Positions 46,397 to 46,691 of a stretch of 46,691 nt of DNA are shown piece by piece. Position numbers and translations under genes: made by a program. Within the stretch, counting starts at the first letter, position 1. The number at the start of each line of letters is the position of its first letter. Below the pieces are notes generated by a model that searched no databases, was not told the DNA's origin, and saw only the letters and a program-made list of their open reading frames with translations. Origin of the DNA: Octopus sinensis (lineage: Eukaryota); assembly GCF_006345805.1 (NCBI RefSeq), contig NW_021834626.1:1-46691 (forward strand). The letters are read 5' to 3'.

Positions 46397-46691
46397 TTCG
46401 TTTACTTATTTCTGTCATTTCAATGCGGCCATGCTGGAGCACCGCCCATAAAATTTTTTTTTTACTTTCGAAGAAATCAACCTATGGACTTATTTCGTAA
46501 GCCTAGAACTTATTTATTTTATCGATATTCTTTTGCCAAACTGCTACATTACGGGGACGTAAAGAACCAGCATTGGTTTGTCAAGTGATGGGTGGGTTGT
46601 ACAGGGGGTCAAATACAGACACAAAGACACACACACATAAATATATATGAGGTGGCGAGCTGGGAGAAGCGTTAGCACGCCGGCGCGAAAT

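Noticed and set aside
767-46451. Dozens of ORFs rich in YI/CV/HT/LSIY/NNN repeats
   Set aside because: These are translations of microsatellites and SINEs, with no domain signal.

Overview
Repeat-saturated, AT-rich animal genomic DNA. The SINE repertoire suggests an octopus/cephalopod; this is an inference from recognition, not a database match. No host protein-coding exon can be supported, and almost all listed ORFs are microsatellite or SINE translation artefacts. Main content: (i) five tRNA-derived or RTE-tailed SINE families, several amplified into tandem arrays; (ii) a cluster of Tx1-clade (L1 superfamily) LINEs, with three long copies and eight short 3' ends that all abut (TATC)n; (iii) a 5'-truncated R4/Dong-type RLE LINE next to a (TAA)n tract, split by a 9-unit SINE array with a target-site duplication; (iv) DINE-1/HINE-like and piggyBac-like non-autonomous DNA elements. 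The most notable structure is not in the ORF track. It is a fold-back Penelope-like cassette (42804-45224) with ~510-bp inverted arms, each carrying a type-I minimal hammerhead ribozyme, around an unlisted GIY-YIG endonuclease C-terminus. A second, unrelated hammerhead-like module flanked by short direct repeats lies at 8246-8785. The many scattered 1-bp indels between near-identical copies suggest residual long-read error.
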